Source of the DNA: Acidobacteriota bacterium
GTDB lineage: Bacteria > Acidobacteriota > Vicinamibacteria > Vicinamibacterales > UBA2999
NCBI GenBank assembly: GCA_052389315.1
Contig: JBQTIE010000033.1
Span: 27,778-91,777 of the forward strand
Direction of reading: 5' to 3'
DNA length: 64,000 nucleotides
A model generated the notes under the pieces. That model was not told the DNA's origin. It made no database searches and saw only the letters and a program-made list of their open reading frames with translations. The position numbers and the translations under genes were made by a program. Positions 27,220-38,066 of this stretch are shown in pieces. The stretch's first letter is position 1. Each line of letters begins with the position of its first letter.

Positions 27220-28260
27220 CTAGAAAATACTGACCTTGACGTTCAGGTACTTCTTCGGATCCTTTCGGATGTCCGCTATCAGGCTCCGCAGTTCCCCGAC
27301 CGTCTGATTCATGTTCTCATATAACTGCTTGTCCCGCAGCAGCTGACCGGCCGTACCCTCGCCGGCGTTGAGGTTGGCCGTCAGCGTGTCCAGCCGGGTC
27401 GCAATCCCGTTCATGCGATCGTACAGGGCCGCGTCGGTCACGAGCTTGCCAGCCGTGCCTTCGCCACGGTTCAGCTTGCCGGTGAGCGTCTCCACGTTCT
27501 GCGCGGTCGCGGTCAGGGCGTTGGCCATCGCGGGGTCGCTCAGCAGCTTGCCCAGGCTTCCCTCGCCGCTCCTGATGCGCGTGGTGATTGCCTGCAAGTC
27601 ACCCACCGCGGCCGTCAGCTCGTTGTACAACCGGGGGTCGCTGGTCAGCCGTCCGAGCGTGCCCCGGCCATTGGCGATCTGACTGGCCACGCGATCCGCG
27701 GACTGAAGCAGCGCGTTGAGGTCGCGATAGACACCCTCATCGGTGAACAGCTTGCCGATCGTGCCGCGCCCGGCCCGGATGTCCTGAAGCAGCCTCGTGG
27801 CCGACTCGATGCCCTCGGTCGCCTGGGCGCTGAAGTCGGCGAGGGTCACCGGGGGATCCCCGCTGGGGATGTAGCCCCAGTCCGGAATCGGCGTCCCTTG
27901 GCTGGAGGCCGTAATGTCCACGGCCGGTTCCCCGAGCAGCGACACCGATCCAAGCGTCGCGCGCGAACTCGAGGTGATGCGGGATCGATGATCTTCCGAG
28001 AGCTCCACGACGACTTCGACGCGGTCCCCGATGAACTCGACGTCGCTCACCGCGCCCACTTCGACGCCCGCGACGCGCACCGGGGCCCCGGCCTTGAGCC
28101 CCTGCACGTCGGCGAAAATCACCTTGAGCGAGTAGCGCTGCCAGGCGAATCCCCCTTCGCCGCTCAGTAGGAAGATCATCACGGCCGCCAGCGCGATGGC
28201 GGCGACGGCCAGGATGCCGATTTTCAATTCTGACCAGGCGAGCGATCGCGTGCGTGGCAT
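27220..28260 (-). CDS. mlaD: MlaD/MCE-domain protein (outer-membrane lipid asymmetry system substrate-binding component)
   Basis: N-terminal TM helix, MCE core (KVIFADVQGLKAGAPVRVAGVEVGAVSDVEF), and a repetitive C-terminal helical region. Confidence 0.88.
   Translation of the reverse strand: MPRTRSLAWSELKIGILAVAAIALAAVMIFLLSGEGGFAWQRYSLKVIFADVQGLKAGAPVRVAGVEVGAVSDVEFIGDRVEVVVELSEDHRSRITSSSRATLGSVSLLGEPAVDITASSQGTPIPDWGYIPSGDPPVTLADFSAQATEGIESATRLLQDIRAGRGTIGKLFTDEGVYRDLNALLQSADRVASQIANGRGTLGRLTSDPRLYNELTAAVGDLQAITTRIRSGEGSLGKLLSDPAMANALTATAQNVETLTGKLNRGEGTAGKLVTDAALYDRMNGIATRLDTLTANLNAGEGTAGQLLRDKQLYENMNQTVGELRSLIADIRKDPKKYLNVKVSIF
27262..27771 (-). repeat. five in-frame tandem repeats of ~34 codons within mlaD
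   Basis: GRGTIGKLFTDEGVYRDLN.. / GRGTLGRLTSDPRLYNELT.. / GEGSLGKLLSDPAMANALT.. / GEGTAGKLVTDAALYDRMN.. / GEGTAGQLLRDKQLYENMN.. These start at residues 164, 198, 232, 265 and 300. Confidence 0.7.
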
Positions 28261-28274
28261 GAACAGTCCTCGCG

Positions 28275-29117
28275 TCAGGAAAGGAACGACTTCAGGTAGG
28301 CATCGGCCGACGCCCTGAGCTCGGCGGCGTGTCCCTCGAACGCGATCCGCCCGTCACGAAGCATGATGAACTCCGCCTCCTCCGCCTTGTCACGATCGGC
28401 CGGTGTGATCCGGATGCCGGCCCCGTTCCGGACGGCTTCATGCGTGGCGATCCTGAAGGCGTCGCGGAGCTGGTGCGTCACGACGATCGAGCTCACGTTC
28501 TCCAGGTCGCGCAGCTTGATAATCTCGTCGTCGATGGTGTTGGCCGTAATCGGATCGAGTCCCGTCGTCGGCTCGTCGTAGAGCAGGATCCGCGGCTTGA
28601 ACGACATTGCGCGGGCGATCGCCACGCGCCGACGCTGGCCGCCGGACAGATCCGACGGCATCTTGTCGATATGCTCGCGCAACCCCACGAAGCCGAGCAC
28701 TTCCTCGACCCGACGCCTCACTTCCTCCAGAGGCAGGTCGCTCTCTTCGTACAGCTTGTAGCCCACGTTCTCGGCGACCGTCAGCGAATCGAACAGCGCG
28801 CCCTCCTGAAAGACCATGCCCAGATCGCTCCGCACCTGCATCAGCTCCACTTCCGACAGGCTGTCCACCCGCTCGCCGTTGACCCAAATCACGCCGCTGT
28901 CGGGGCGCAGCAAGCCGAGAATCAGCTTGAGGACCGTTGACTTTCCGGCACCGCTGGCGCCCAGGAAAATCTTGGTGTGCCCGGTGATGAGCGTAAAGCT
29001 CACGTCGGTCAGGATGGCCTTGTCGTCGAAGGCGAGCGACACGCGGTCGAAGACCACGATGGGGGACCCCGGCCCGAGGGCTTCGGCCAGTTCAGGACTT
29101 CGCTCGGAGGCCAGCAT
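28275..29117 (-). CDS. mlaF: ABC transporter ATP-binding protein MlaF
   Basis: Start at ATG 29117. Walker A GASGAGKST, signature LSGGQRRRVAIARA, Walker B ILLYDEPTTGLD. Confidence 0.9.
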   Translation of the reverse strand: MLASERSPELAEALGPGSPIVVFDRVSLAFDDKAILTDVSFTLITGHTKIFLGASGAGKSTVLKLILGLLRPDSGVIWVNGERVDSLSEVELMQVRSDLGMVFQEGALFDSLTVAENVGYKLYEESDLPLEEVRRRVEEVLGFVGLREHIDKMPSDLSGGQRRRVAIARAMSFKPRILLYDEPTTGLDPITANTIDDEIIKLRDLENVSSIVVTHQLRDAFRIATHEAVRNGAGIRITPADRDKAEEAEFIMLRDGRIAFEGHAAELRASADAYLKSFLS

Positions 29118-29119
29118 GG

Positions 29120-29893
29120 TCAGTACATCAGCGTAATCAACAGCCGCGTCAGGAAGAAGTCCACCGCAATCACCGACACCGACGACGCGACGACGGCGTT
29201 GGTAGTGGCGCGGCCGACACCCTGCGTGCCGCCGCGGGCGCGCAGACCCACGTGGCACCCGATGGTGACGATGACGAAGCCCAGGAAGAACGGCTTGATC
29301 AGTCCCATCCACGCATCCTCCAGGTAGAGTCCTTCCACGATGGAGCTCCAGTAGAGGCTGGACGCGACGCGCAGCTGGCCGACGGCGATGATCCAGCCGC
29401 CGACGATGCCGACGGCGTTGGCGACGATCGTGAGGAGCGGCGTCATGAAGAAGCCCGCCAGCATCCGCGGGACGACCAGCTTGCGCACCGGATCCGTGCC
29501 CAGGGCGCGGAGGGCGTTGATCTGATCGGTCACCATCATCGACCCGAGCTCTGCGGCGATGCCCGAGCCGACGCGTCCCGCCAGCATCAGACCGGTCAGC
29601 ACGGGCCCCAGTTCCTTGACCATGGACGCGCTGATCAACCGCCCCACGAAGTCCCGCGCGCCGAACTGGTCGAGCGTGATGCCGGTGTTGAGGGCCAGCA
29701 CGGCACCGGTGAAGAAACCGGTGAGGAGCACCACCGTGAGCGAGCCGATGCCGATCACCTCGAACTGCTCAACGACATCATGCCGGTAGAACGGACGCGT
29801 CACGCAGCCCCTGAGTGCCGCCCCGCAGAGCCGGACGTACTCCTGGACCTCGAAGAACGCTGCCTTGAGCCATTCCGTCATCACGCTCGCCAC
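29120..29893 (-). CDS. mlaE: ABC transporter permease MlaE
   Basis: 257 aa. MlaE-type pattern (VEQFEVIGIGSLTVVLLTGFFTGAVLAL ... ELGPVLTGLMLAGRVGSGIAAELGSM). GTG 29893 or ATG 29881 as start. Confidence 0.9.
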   Translation of the reverse strand: MASVMTEWLKAAFFEVQEYVRLCGAALRGCVTRPFYRHDVVEQFEVIGIGSLTVVLLTGFFTGAVLALNTGITLDQFGARDFVGRLISASMVKELGPVLTGLMLAGRVGSGIAAELGSMMVTDQINALRALGTDPVRKLVVPRMLAGFFMTPLLTIVANAVGIVGGWIIAVGQLRVASSLYWSSIVEGLYLEDAWMGLIKPFFLGFVIVTIGCHVGLRARGGTQGVGRATTNAVVASSVSVIAVDFFLTRLLITLMY

Positions 29894-29900
29894 GAAGCTG

Positions 29901-31982
<2,082 letters not shown>

Positions 31983-32035
31983 CAGCGCCGCAGTGGAATT
32001 GACAATCGTACCACACGCGCTAAGGGGCGGCTCGA

Positions 32036-32980
32036 TCAGTGCGGCGCCCTGTATGGGGCGAAGTAGCCCTTCCGCGCACGGACCTTCAGACCCGGTCGCT
32101 TCAGCTTGATGTCCACCCGTCGCCATGTCCCGTCCTGTGTCAGATTGGTGGACAAGTACCCGAGCTGATACTGCGCACGGATCTCGGCCAGCACCTTGTC
32201 ATAGGAGGCGTCCAGGTCTTTCAGGGCCGAGGGAAAGAAAGCCTGCCCTCCGGTGGCCTCGACCAGCTGCTGCAGCCGCATGCGGAGGCCGTAGCGGGCT
32301 GAGCCCGTGTGGTCGACCAGGCCGACGGCGTACACCGTCACCTGGGACGCACGAAGCAGCTCCATGATGTCCCCGAAGGAGAGCCGCGACCGCGAGTCGG
32401 CCCCGTCGGTGTACATCACCAGGATGGTGCGGCCAATCTGATCGTCGGCCCCGTGGAGATAGACCGCCAACGCGTCGTAGAGGGCCGTCCAGCCGTCGGA
32501 CTTCCGCTGGCGGATGCGCTCGACCAGACGGGGGAAGTCGCGCTGGGGATACCGCATGACGCGCACCTCGGTGTCGAAGTCGACCAGCGTGACGTCTTCG
32601 GCCTCAGGGACCAGATTCAGGAACTTGATCGCCGCGCTGCGGGCCAGGTTGAGGTCGGCTTCCATGCTCCCACTGGTGTCGAGCATCAACCCGAGGTGAG
32701 CTGCGACGTCATCCTCGCCGCCCAAGCCCTTCGTGAAGAACTGGAGCGGCTGGGGCCGGCTGTCTTCGACGATCTCGAAATCCTCGCGCGACAGATCCGT
32801 CACCAGGTTGCCGCGGCGGTCTGTCACCGTCACGCCGAAGGTCACCAGGTCGATCCCGGTTTTGAAGGTCGGCTGGGCCGAGCTCGCCTGCCCAGCCACC
32901 TCGGGGGCCGAGACGAGCAGGAGGACAGCGACCAGCAGAATCCAGGTCTGACGGACTGGGCGCATGGTGTCTGGGTCCAA
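32036..32980 (-). CDS. secreted VWA-domain protein (acidobacterial TIGR03436-like)
   Basis: Signal peptide. MIDAS-type [10 protein letters not shown]-terminal YQLGYLSTN...[21 protein letters not shown] typical of the family. Confidence 0.85.
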   Translation of the reverse strand: MDPDTMRPVRQTWILLVAVLLLVSAPEVAGQASSAQPTFKTGIDLVTFGVTVTDRRGNLVTDLSREDFEIVEDSRPQPLQFFTKGLGGEDDVAAHLGLMLDTSGSMEADLNLARSAAIKFLNLVPEAEDVTLVDFDTEVRVMRYPQRDFPRLVERIRQRKSDGWTALYDALAVYLHGADDQIGRTILVMYTDGADSRSRLSFGDIMELLRASQVTVYAVGLVDHTGSARYGLRMRLQQLVEATGGQAFFPSALKDLDASYDKVLAEIRAQYQLGYLSTNLTQDGTWRRVDIKLKRPGLKVRARKGYFAPYRAPH

Positions 32981-33073
32981 GGCTAACAGCCCGGGGGGCG
33001 ACCGGCAACCGCATTCGGCCCCCAGGCCACACGGCCGGCGGCGGGTGCGGTCTCGGCGTGGCGCCGGTAGGCG

Positions 33074-33079
33074 TATAAT
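33074..33079 (+). promoter_or_regulatory. consensus -10 hexamer TATAAT, 15 nt upstream of the uORF ATG at 33095
   Basis: ggcgTATAATgaaagatcgtcggtcATG. Confidence 0.3.
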
Positions 33080-33094
33080 GAAAGATCGTCGGTC

Positions 33095-33136
33095 ATGAAC
33101 ACCCCCGCGACGGGGCGTGAGGCGCCTGATCGATGA
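33095..33136 (+). promoter_or_regulatory. 13-codon upstream ORF (MNTPATGREAPDR) whose TGA overlaps the ATG at 33133
   Basis: atg aac acc ccc gcg acg ggg cgt gag gcg cct gat cga tga. ATGA junction with the DHH gene. Confidence 0.2.
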
Positions 33137-34569
33137 GGTGCCTGGCGGTCTGTCATACGGAGTTGGTCGTCTGGTTGCTCGATGCGGTCCTGACGCCCAA
33201 CTACGAGCTCGATGTCCTTGTCGAAAGTGCGGCGCTGGCGCGGCGTTTCGATGAGGCCTCCTTCGGCGTCAGCGTCGGCGACGCGAAGAGAGTCGACACC
33301 TATCTGCGGGCCGATGTCGGGCCCGGCACCTGCGTCATCATCGAGGACAATGGCCGGCGCTCCCTGCGCCGTGTGCTCCAGGCCGTGCAGGCTGCCGGAG
33401 GCAGCTTGGTCTGGGTCCTGGGCACGAGCCCCCGGGACGTGCTTCGTGCCGAGGAGCTTCGGCCGGCGTTTCCGGAAGTCACGAGCCTGACCCTGGCCGA
33501 GCTGACCGGGCCCTCCCTCGTCGCCGAGCTCGGCCGATCCCTGACGCGACAGCGGGTGCAGCAGTACCAGCGGTTTCTCTCGGACGCGGATCGCGTGCTC
33601 ATCCTGCTGCACAACGACCCGGACCCGGACGCGCTGGCCAGCGGCCTCGCGCTGAGGACGCTGCTCCGGCGCACCCGCCAAACGGCGATCCTCGGCTGCA
33701 TGTACGGCGTCAGCCGGCCCGAGAACCTGCGCATGGTCAAGATGCTCGACCTCCATCTCGAGGTGCTGACGGCCGACCAGATCCAGGCCTTCGAACGCGT
33801 GGCGCTGGTCGACGTCCAGCCGCACTACTTCGGCGGGCTGCTCCCACAGGTTGACCTGGTCATCGACCACCATCCGGAGCAGGGCGGCTACAGCGCCGTG
33901 GTCAAGGACATCCGGCCGGACTACGGCTCGACGTCGACCATCCTGACCGAGCACCTGCGGGCCGTGAACATCGACATCTCGGAGCGCACGGCCACGGCGA
34001 TGCTGTACGCCATCAAGTCCGATACGCTCTTCTTCAACCGCCACACGAACCGTGCGGATCTCGACGCGTTCTCGTATCTCTACCCCTTGGCCGACGCGGC
34101 GATGATTCGGAAGATGGAGGGGGCGGAGATCACCGGCGAGCGGCTCGACTTCGTGATCAAGGCCTGGCAGCACGGTCGGCTGGTCGAGCACGTGTTTTGC
34201 GCCTTCCTGGGCGAGCCTTCACGCGAGGATTTCATCCCCTACGTCGCGGATTTCTATCTGCAGCTCGAGGATGTCCAGTGGACCGTGGTCTCCGGCGTGG
34301 TCAACGACACGTTCGTCGTCTCGGTGCGTAACCTCGGCTACTCGCGCAACGCGGGGGACTTCGTGCGTCGCTGGTTCAGCGAGATTGGGAGTGCAGGCGG
34401 CCACCGCACGATGGCCAAGGCTGTGGTGCCGCTCGAAGCGTTCCAGCAGAAGTTCGGCACGAACGAGGGCAGCCGGATCAATCAGCGCATGCTGGAGCTC
34501 GTCCTGGCGTTCCTGCACGAGCACGACAAGACCCTGGGCAAGGACGCGAAAGAGCCCGTGTCGCGATAG
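33133..34569 (+). CDS. DHH-family phosphoesterase (DHH + DHHA1, NrnA-like) with an extra ~150-aa N-terminal domain
   Basis: LILLHNDPDPDALASG, VIDHHPE, GSTSTILTE, and C-terminal GGHRTMAKA. Confidence 0.8.
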   Translation: MRCLAVCHTELVVWLLDAVLTPNYELDVLVESAALARRFDEASFGVSVGDAKRVDTYLRADVGPGTCVIIEDNGRRSLRRVLQAVQAAGGSLVWVLGTSPRDVLRAEELRPAFPEVTSLTLAELTGPSLVAELGRSLTRQRVQQYQRFLSDADRVLILLHNDPDPDALASGLALRTLLRRTRQTAILGCMYGVSRPENLRMVKMLDLHLEVLTADQIQAFERVALVDVQPHYFGGLLPQVDLVIDHHPEQGGYSAVVKDIRPDYGSTSTILTEHLRAVNIDISERTATAMLYAIKSDTLFFNRHTNRADLDAFSYLYPLADAAMIRKMEGAEITGERLDFVIKAWQHGRLVEHVFCAFLGEPSREDFIPYVADFYLQLEDVQWTVVSGVVNDTFVVSVRNLGYSRNAGDFVRRWFSEIGSAGGHRTMAKAVVPLEAFQQKFGTNEGSRINQRMLELVLAFLHEHDKTLGKDAKEPVSR

Positions 34570-34599
34570 CCGGCGCCGCAGGCGGCTCTTGCCGCCCAA

Positions 34600-35763
34600 T
34601 CAGCCCAAGGCCTGGCGCAGGTCGGCGATCAGATCGTCTGAATCCTCCAGGCCAATCGACAGCCGCATCATGCCCCGCGTGACGCCCGCCCGCTCGAGCT
34701 CGGCGTCGGTCAACCCGTACTGGGAGGTGAGGATCGGCAGGCTGCAGAGGCTCTCCACGCCGCCGAGGCTCGCCGCCCGCTGGAAGATCTCGAGGCGATC
34801 GAACGCTTCGTAGGCCGCCCGCTGCCCGCCGCGCAGATCCAGGCAGACCATGCCGCCAAAGCCGCACATCTGGGCGGCCGCGATCCGATGGTCGGGATGC
34901 GAGGCGAGCCCGGGATAATACACGCGCTCGACGGCGGGATGGCCATCGAGCGCCTGCGCCACGGCCAGGGCATTGGCGTTGTGTCGCGCCATCCGGAGCG
35001 GCAGCGTCTTCAGCCCCCGACTCAAGGCATAGGCCGGTTGCGGATCCATGACGCCCCCGAGCAGCCGGCGCATGCGACCAATCTTGTCGAGGAGAGCGCG
35101 CGGACCGGAGACAACGCCCCCGGTGACGTCGCTGTGCCCGTTGAGGTACTTCGTCGCGCTCTGCATCGAGAGGTCGACGCCCAGCGCCAACGGCCGCTGG
35201 TTGATCGGACTGGCGAATGTGTTGTCGATCCCCGAGAGGACCTTTGCCGCGCGGCATGCGTCGGCGACGCCGCGAATATCCACGCAGCGCAGCGTCGGGT
35301 TGATCGGCGATTCGAACCAGACCAGCCGCGTCCTGGGCCCGATGACCGTCGCCGGGGCCGCGAGCTCGTCGAGCGACACGAACCGGCAGGCGACGCCGAA
35401 CCGCCGCAGCAGGTCATCGAGCAGGTGCAAAGTCCCGCCGTAGATGGCCGACGCGCAGACGACCTCGTCACCAGGCGTCAGCACGGTGAACATCGCCGTC
35501 GAAATCGCGGCCATCCCCGAACTGAAGAGCAGAGAGGCTTCGGCGCCGTCCAGGGCCGCCAGTTTTTCCTCAGCCGACGCGATGGTGGGGTTCTCGTAGC
35601 GTGAGTACAGAAAGGCCGGCAGGGAGCCCTCCTGATAGCGCTCGACGTCGCGGGCCGAGCCAAACACGAAGGTCGATGTCTCGTAGATTGGGGTGGTCAA
35701 CGGGATCGACGCACTCGCCGCCGCGCGCTCTCCCCGATGAATGAGCGTAGTGTGTGTGCCCAT
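34600..35763 (-). CDS. Cys/Met-metabolism PLP-dependent enzyme (cystathionine gamma-synthase / beta-lyase / methionine gamma-lyase family)
   Basis: Start at ATG 35763 (MGTHTTLIHRG). SSGMAAIS. PLP-lysine region QSATKYLNGHSDV. Confidence 0.88.
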   Translation of the reverse strand: MGTHTTLIHRGERAAASASIPLTTPIYETSTFVFGSARDVERYQEGSLPAFLYSRYENPTIASAEEKLAALDGAEASLLFSSGMAAISTAMFTVLTPGDEVVCASAIYGGTLHLLDDLLRRFGVACRFVSLDELAAPATVIGPRTRLVWFESPINPTLRCVDIRGVADACRAAKVLSGIDNTFASPINQRPLALGVDLSMQSATKYLNGHSDVTGGVVSGPRALLDKIGRMRRLLGGVMDPQPAYALSRGLKTLPLRMARHNANALAVAQALDGHPAVERVYYPGLASHPDHRIAAAQMCGFGGMVCLDLRGGQRAAYEAFDRLEIFQRAASLGGVESLCSLPILTSQYGLTDAELERAGVTRGMMRLSIGLEDSDDLIADLRQALG

Positions 35764-35943
35764 GCTGGTCAATGAGCTTACACCCCGCACCGCGGTCGCC
35801 GGAATGAAAAGCTCGCGCGCGACGTGTGAGCGCCCGTCATGCGTGTGTGAGCCCGCCGTTGCTGAAGGGCGGAGGTCTTGCACGCGAGGCACGGCCCGCC
35901 CCGCTGCTTCACTCGGCGCTCTGAGTCAGCACGTTGCCAGGCT

Positions 35944-36546
35944 TCAACGCAGCCGGCGCCACGCGAGGTGTGTGCGCTGGACGCCGGTCGCCAGGAGCAG
36001 GGCAACCCAGATCCACACGAGCCAACCCACGTGCTGGGGAAACAGCACCCACAGGACGTACATCAGGTTGGTCTCACCGGCCTCGGCGAAGCCCGGTGTG
36101 AACTGGAACGTCCGATCACCGATGCTGACGCGGCGCCCGATCGCGCGGGCCCCGTCGGACAAGGCGAGCGTCGATGTAATCACGATCACGTAGCCGCCGA
36201 GCACCGCCACCCACGCCAGCGGCAGATGTGGGTGCAGGACCGCAAACCCCACCACCATGGCCGCATACGCCGCCATGTCGAGCGTAATGTCGAGAAAGGC
36301 CCCGAACGCCGTCGCCTGACCTGTATGGCGGGCGATGACGCCGTCGAGCCCATCGCCGAAGCGAGTCACCAACCAGATCCCGAGCCCGACCTTCGGGTAG
36401 CCGGCGGCGACGAGCACGGCAGCCACGATCGCCAGGCCAAAGGACATGACCGTGACATGATTGGGGGACACGCCGGCACGGGCCAACTGGTTCGCCAGCG
36501 GACGAACGAGCGGAGCGAAACGAGCGCGGAACGGTTCGTCAAACAT
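35944..36546 (-). CDS. CDP-alcohol phosphatidyltransferase family protein (second copy in the window, substrate unknown)
   Basis: Motif DGLDGVIARHTGQATAFGAFLDITLD. 200 aa with multiple TM helices. Confidence 0.85.
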   Translation of the reverse strand: MFDEPFRARFAPLVRPLANQLARAGVSPNHVTVMSFGLAIVAAVLVAAGYPKVGLGIWLVTRFGDGLDGVIARHTGQATAFGAFLDITLDMAAYAAMVVGFAVLHPHLPLAWVAVLGGYVIVITSTLALSDGARAIGRRVSIGDRTFQFTPGFAEAGETNLMYVLWVLFPQHVGWLVWIWVALLLATGVQRTHLAWRRLR

Positions 36547-36569
36547 CTCAGCCGCGAAGGGATCTCAGG

Positions 36570-37976
36570 GTGACCGGTGCCGTGTGGCTCGATCTGCTCG
36601 GATTCGTCGCGCTGTTGATGGCCGTTGCCTGGCACAGCCGCCGGCGCACCGCCAGCGCCCAGACGTTCCTCGTCGCGGACCGGGCGGTGGGATTGTTCCC
36701 CCTCGTGGCGACGCTGGTCATGACCGAATTCAACACCAGCACACTCCTCGCGTTCAGCGCCGTCGGGTACACCGCGGGTCCCATGGCCTTGGCGCTGCCG
36801 CTGGTCTTCCTGGTCGGGCTTGGATTCTACACTGCGAGCGTTGCACGCGCCTGGAAGCGCTTCGATCGCCTTTCGGTCGCCGAGCTCTTTGCCACGCGAT
36901 ACTCCCCCGCCCTGGGACGATTCGCTTCGCTGTGTCTGCTGGCCGCGATGACGGGGTTCTCGGCGACCTACGTGAAGTCGATTGGCCTCGTATTTCAGCC
37001 TCTTCAGTCGTCTCTCCCGTTCTGGGCCCTCACCGCGGGACTGTCGCTGCTCGTGCTCGCGGTCGTGCTCCCGGGCGGCCTGCGGTCGGTCGTTCGCAGC
37101 GACGTCGTGAGCTTCATCGTCACGCTCGGACTGTTGCCGGCGCTGCTCGCGATCGGCATGTCGCGGGCAAACGCGGCGGGAGGACTGGAGGTGGCCTTCG
37201 CCGTCGATCAGCTCACCATCGCGCCAATGGCGCAGTGGACCCATCCCGCGCTGCCCTTCTGGTTCGTGACCTCGCTGATCGTGCTGACGTCATTCACCTA
37301 CATCGCGGCCCCGTGGTACGGCCAGAAGATCTTCGCGGCTCGCGACGAACGCACGGCGTTCATGGCCGTCGCCATCTCCGCCGTCCTGGTGTTCCTGCTG
37401 TACGGGTCGCTCGTGCTGGCGGCGGCGTATCTGCGCGTGGTCATGCCAGACCTCGCCGATCCGCAGCTCGCCGTGCCCATGATGATGCTGACCTGGCTTC
37501 CTCCGGCCGTCCGCGGCGTCGGCCTCGCCGTCCTCTTTGCCGCGGCGCTCACGACGCTCGGCGGCGTCTGGACGGCGATGGCGGCGATGGTCGCGGCCGA
37601 TTTCGGGTGGCACGCCGCCACGCAGGTGTGGATCCAACGCGGCTTGCTCATCGGATTCGCGGTGCTCAGCTGGCTTGGCGCGATCTTCCTGATGGACGAC
37701 ATCCTGAACCGGCTCATCCTGGCCAACGTGCCCGTAGCCGGCCTGGCCTTCGCGCTGCTCGCCGGGTTCCATTGGCCGCGAGCCACTGCCGCCGGCGCCT
37801 GGGCCAGCACGGTCGTCGGGATCGCCTGGGGCGCAGGGGCGTTCATCCTCGTCGGCGAGACGGGAGGCTACACGTGGCCCTGGGCCATCTACGGCCTGCC
37901 CCTCATCTTCGCCACGGGCGTGATCGTGTCGTGGCTCACCTCGCCCGCAGGGCCACCATCGGACCCGACCGGCTGA
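36570..37976 (+). CDS. sodium:solute symporter (SSS) family transporter
   Basis: 468 aa with about 13 hydrophobic segments. SSS-like pattern (FLVADRAVG.., MTEFNTSTLLAFS). Confidence 0.8.
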   Translation: MTGAVWLDLLGFVALLMAVAWHSRRRTASAQTFLVADRAVGLFPLVATLVMTEFNTSTLLAFSAVGYTAGPMALALPLVFLVGLGFYTASVARAWKRFDRLSVAELFATRYSPALGRFASLCLLAAMTGFSATYVKSIGLVFQPLQSSLPFWALTAGLSLLVLAVVLPGGLRSVVRSDVVSFIVTLGLLPALLAIGMSRANAAGGLEVAFAVDQLTIAPMAQWTHPALPFWFVTSLIVLTSFTYIAAPWYGQKIFAARDERTAFMAVAISAVLVFLLYGSLVLAAAYLRVVMPDLADPQLAVPMMMLTWLPPAVRGVGLAVLFAAALTTLGGVWTAMAAMVAADFGWHAATQVWIQRGLLIGFAVLSWLGAIFLMDDILNRLILANVPVAGLAFALLAGFHWPRATAAGAWASTVVGIAWGAGAFILVGETGGYTWPWAIYGLPLIFATGVIVSWLTSPAGPPSDPTG

Positions 37977-38054
37977 GACGATTCGCGCGGGATCTCCGCG
38001 GCGCCGTTGCCGGCCGGGCCGACAGGTGGCGTCACCAATCCCGGAGGGTGGTCG

Positions 38055-38060
38055 TAGAAT
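38055..38060 (+). promoter_or_regulatory. candidate -10 hexamer TAGAAT, 6 nt upstream of ATG 38067
   Basis: gtcgTAGAATctgctgATG. The spacing fits a leaderless transcript. Confidence 0.35.
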
Positions 38061-38066
38061 CTGCTG

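Noticed and set aside
27262-27771. Regularly spaced ~100-nt repeats that might suggest a CRISPR-like or other non-coding array
   Set aside because: The repeats are in frame within mlaD and are conserved at the amino-acid level more than the nucleotide level. They have no unique spacers. They are a protein repeat, not a CRISPR array. No CRISPR array is present anywhere in the window.
35764-35943. SAM-I (S-box) riboswitch upstream of the Cys/Met PLP-enzyme gene, and a sigma-54-like TGGCA motif near 35935
   Set aside because: The conserved SAM-I core elements are not present by eye. The TGGCA is not followed by TTGC at the correct spacing. The region is kept only as an unclassified structured leader in the findings.
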